Below are positions 47,903 to 51,045 of a stretch of DNA of 51,045 nt, in pieces. The stretch is from NCBI GenBank assembly GCA_036667875.1, contig JAVWTD010000006.1, positions 1-51,045 on the forward strand, read 5' to 3'. Below the pieces are notes generated by a model. It was given only the letters and a program-made list of their open reading frames with translations, had not been told where the DNA came from and made no database searches. This stretch comes from Bacilli bacterium (GTDB lineage: Bacteria > Bacillota_I > Bacilli_A > RF39 > UBA660). Every line of letters starts with the position of its first letter. Within the stretch, counting starts at the first letter, position 1. Both the position numbers and the translations under genes were made by a program.

Positions 47903-48750
47903 AATTTGATGAAGTTTTTTTCAGTTACAATCCAAAATCAAAAATAGAAAAAGAAGTTTTAAAAAACATAAATATAGATATTAAACCATCTAAAATATCG
48001 TCTATTATAGGGAAAAGTGGAAGCGGAAAATCGACTCTTGTAGAAATGATAAATGCACTAAACTATCCCACAAAAGGAACACTAAAAATAAATGAATTTA
48101 TAATAGATAGTAACAGTAAAAGAAAAATAAAAAATATAAATAATTTAAGAATAAATGTAGGTTTAGTTTTTCAATTTCCAGAAGAACAATTTTTTAATAT
48201 GACAGTTTATGATGAAATAAAATTTGGTATGACTTATTTTAAGTATCAAACAAAGGACATGAAAAAAAGAGTTATAGATTCTCTAAAAATGGTTGGTATG
48301 GATAAAAGCTTTATGGATAGAAATCCTTTTGCCTTATCAAGTGGAGAAAAAAGAAAAATTGCTATTGCATCTATTTTAGCCTTTAATCCTAGCATAGTGA
48401 TTCTTGATGAACCAACAATAGGATTAGATAGCATAAGCAAAAAGAACCTAATACACCTTATAAGAACGCTTAAAACACGTTATAAAAAAACCATTATCAT
48501 AATAAGCCATGATATAGAATTAGTACATCAAATAAGCGACTATGTTTATGTCTTAAATGATGGAAAAATTGTTCTTGAAGGAGAAAAATTTGAATTATTT
48601 AAAAACGAAAAAAAACTAAAAGAATATGGAATAGACTGTCCTAAAGCCATTAAATTTTCTAATCTTGTTTATGAAAAAAAAGGTATTAAAATAGGATATA
48701 GAGACAATATAAATGACATAATAAAGGATGTGTATAGAAATGTTAGATAA
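47893..48750 (+). CDS. ecfA2: ECF transporter ATPase A2
   Basis: GKSGSGKST, VFQFPEEQ, NPF.LSSGEKR, LDEPT.GLD. Confidence 0.9.
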   Translation: MEIKFDEVFFSYNPKSKIEKEVLKNINIDIKPSKISSIIGKSGSGKSTLVEMINALNYPTKGTLKINEFIIDSNSKRKIKNINNLRINVGLVFQFPEEQFFNMTVYDEIKFGMTYFKYQTKDMKKRVIDSLKMVGMDKSFMDRNPFALSSGEKRKIAIASILAFNPSIVILDEPTIGLDSISKKNLIHLIRTLKTRYKKTIIIISHDIELVHQISDYVYVLNDGKIVLEGEKFELFKNEKKLKEYGIDCPKAIKFSNLVYEKKGIKIGYRDNINDIIKDVYRNVR

Positions 48751-49495
48751 CATAATATTTGGAAGTTATTATCCGATAGATTCTAAAGTTCATAAAATGA
48801 ATCCGATTTCTAAAATTATTTGTACATTGTTTTTTATAATTATTATATTTTCTACTAACGACCTTAAACTAATGATTTTAACATTTTCATTGTCTATTCT
48901 AATATGTGAAATTGCACACATTCCCAGAAGAATTTATATAAAAACTTTTAATAGTCTTAAAATACTAATTTTATTTATAATAATTACTTGCCTACTGAGT
49001 AACATAGAGTATCAAACTATAATTGTTTCAATTTTAAGAATAGTAGGTATAGTCTTATATACAACAGTTTTAACATTAACTACACCACCAACAGAAATAA
49101 CTTATGGATTGCAAAAAGTTATGTCTCCATTGAAACTTATTGGAATTCCAATAAATAAAATGGCCTTATCAATTTCATTAGCATTAAGGTTTATTCCAAC
49201 TATAATTGATCAAGGGAATAAAATATTAAAATCACAAGCAAGTAGGGGTGTTGATTATTATAATTCAAAATTATTTGGAAAATTTATAGCGCTAAAAGCA
49301 ATGCTAATACCAATGTTTATTATAACCGTTAGAAAAGCAGATACTTTAGCAGAATCAATGCAAGTAAGAATGTATAATATTAATTCAAAAAGAACGAATT
49401 ATAGATTAAATAAATGGGGAATATTTGATACATTTTTATTTCTTTTACATTTTATTATTTTATCTTTAATTATAGTTAGGAAAGTGGTAATATGA
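48740..49495 (+). CDS. ecfT: ECF transporter transmembrane subunit T
   Basis: S.VH.MNP..K, LTLTT.P, ALRFIPT, SRG. Confidence 0.9.
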   Translation: MLDNIIFGSYYPIDSKVHKMNPISKIICTLFFIIIIFSTNDLKLMILTFSLSILICEIAHIPRRIYIKTFNSLKILILFIIITCLLSNIEYQTIIVSILRIVGIVLYTTVLTLTTPPTEITYGLQKVMSPLKLIGIPINKMALSISLALRFIPTIIDQGNKILKSQASRGVDYYNSKLFGKFIALKAMLIPMFIITVRKADTLAESMQVRMYNINSKRTNYRLNKWGIFDTFLFLLHFIILSLIIVRKVVI

Positions 49496-50226
49496 AATAT
49501 TTAATAACTTTTTCATACGATGGTTCAAAGTTTTTTGGCTATCAAAAACAACTCAATTTTGCTTCAGTTCAAGAAAAAATAGAAAATGCTTTAACAAAAA
49601 TTAATTCTAATAAAAAAGTATTAATAAGTGCATCTGGCAGAACAGATGCCGGAGTGCATGCAATAAATCAAAAAGCTCATTTTATTATGGAAAACAAGAT
49701 AGAAAAAGAAAAACTTAAAAATTCACTTAATAAAATGGTCAAACCTCATATTTTTATTAAGAATATAGAAGAAGTAAACGACTTGTTTCACGCTAGATTT
49801 AATGTTGTTAAAAAGAAATATACTTACAAAATAAATGTAGGAGAATTTAATCCAATTGAATATGATTATATCTATCAATTAAATAAAAAATTAGATATTT
49901 GTTCAATGTTAGAAGGAATAAAGTACTTTGAAGGAGAACACGATTTTACATCATTTACGAAAAAAAATGATGAAGTAGAAAATTTTGTTAGAGAAATATA
50001 TAATACAAATATTGAACAGTATGATAATATTATTGAAATTTCTTTTGTAGGCAATGGATTCTTAAGATATATGGTAAGAAATATGGTAGGATCTTTAATA
50101 GAAATTGGTCTAGGAAAGAAAAATCCTAAAGAAATAATAGAAATAATAGAAAAAAAAGATAGAACTAAATCTGGAATAACAGCACCTAGTAATGGTTTAT
50201 ATTTAATGGATGTATATTATGAATAA
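49492..50226 (+). CDS. truA: tRNA pseudouridine(38-40) synthase
   Basis: YDGS.F.GYQ, GRTDAGVHA, FHARF, GFLRYMVR. Confidence 0.96.
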   Translation: MKYLITFSYDGSKFFGYQKQLNFASVQEKIENALTKINSNKKVLISASGRTDAGVHAINQKAHFIMENKIEKEKLKNSLNKMVKPHIFIKNIEEVNDLFHARFNVVKKKYTYKINVGEFNPIEYDYIYQLNKKLDICSMLEGIKYFEGEHDFTSFTKKNDEVENFVREIYNTNIEQYDNIIEISFVGNGFLRYMVRNMVGSLIEIGLGKKNPKEIIEIIEKKDRTKSGITAPSNGLYLMDVYYE

Positions 50227-50959
50227 AATAAAAATAATAATTTTGTCTATTACTTTATTAACTATTTATATTTTAGTATTTAACTATTATTTAGAAAAGC
50301 AAAATCCTAAAACATTAAATCCAATCATTAATAATATAGATACAATGAATAGTAAAAAAATAGAATCATTTATGTATGACAATCAAATAGAAAATTTTGA
50401 TTATTATAATTCTTTTTTTACAGATTCTACAAAGTTAAGTAATCAAATTAAACTTTCCGTTATCTATAGTTCACTTAAATCAACTGCTAATTTCAATATT
50501 GGAGTCAGTTCTAATAGATTTAATACTTTTGCTAAAATTATTTTTGGTGAGAAAGAAACAATTAAAAATGAAGATATTCTTTCAACTGATGAAAATAAAA
50601 AAATTATGGTTTTCTATGATAAAACTAATGATGTTTATATAAAAAGTAATGATTACTTAGAACAAAACGATAATATTAAGATTGTAAATCACCAACTAGA
50701 TTTTCAAATAATAAAAGATAAATATATATTAAAACAACATAAATCTTTTGTTTTAGAAAAAAATAATATATTTTATGTATATAACTCTTTAGGTGATTTA
50801 AAAAGTAATATAAATTTAATTTATCAATTTAAAAATGAAAATATTATTAAAGAAGTAAATGATAATTATAAAATAAATAGCCAAAAATATACCCCTTACA
50901 AGTATACATTTACTAAAGAAAATGGCAACATTATTCTTCTTAAATACGAAAAAGAGTAA
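50219..50959 (+). CDS. Hypothetical membrane-anchored protein
   Basis: Open frame with N-terminal TM (IIILSITLLTIYILVF), overlapping the truA stop. Confidence 0.7.
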   Translation: MNKIKIIILSITLLTIYILVFNYYLEKQNPKTLNPIINNIDTMNSKKIESFMYDNQIENFDYYNSFFTDSTKLSNQIKLSVIYSSLKSTANFNIGVSSNRFNTFAKIIFGEKETIKNEDILSTDENKKIMVFYDKTNDVYIKSNDYLEQNDNIKIVNHQLDFQIIKDKYILKQHKSFVLEKNNIFYVYNSLGDLKSNINLIYQFKNENIIKEVNDNYKINSQKYTPYKYTFTKENGNIILLKYEKE

Positions 50960-51045
50960 AAACACCATCTTTATAAAGAAAATAAGAGTTTTAATAATAT
51001 ATAATACATAGTGACCCCAGGGAAATACCTTGGTGGTAATTATGT

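Overview
Very AT-rich bacterial chromosome segment using the standard genetic code (TGA is a stop). Gene content and order look like a streamlined Bacilli/Mollicutes-related genome (RF39/Erysipelotrichia-like; inference from low GC, loss of L30 and the S11 C-terminus KRPRG). It is almost entirely housekeeping and + strand. In order: a tandem array of five parS sites (four at a 53-bp period), a minimal SRP RNA, tadA-dnaX-ybaB-recR-bofA-holB-ricT-trmN6-rsmI-pth-mfd, ppaC (-), dut, tatD, a G5/3D protein, rsmA-ung-tilS-ftsH, parA-parB-mscS-DUF951-abgT, ychF, rpsF-ssb-rpsR, an orphan coiled-coil membrane protein plus partner, gpsA (-), the S10-spc-alpha ribosomal cluster, three inserted genes, and ecfA1A2T-truA. 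No mobile element, rRNA, tRNA or CRISPR array was seen. The most unusual items are the phased parS array, an FtsH with a C-terminal Rho-N-like domain, a decayed map remnant between adk and infA that folds into hairpins, a stand-alone GlmU acetyltransferase half, and an internally duplicated 696-aa coiled-coil membrane protein. All family assignments are by motif recognition and synteny; no searches were run.
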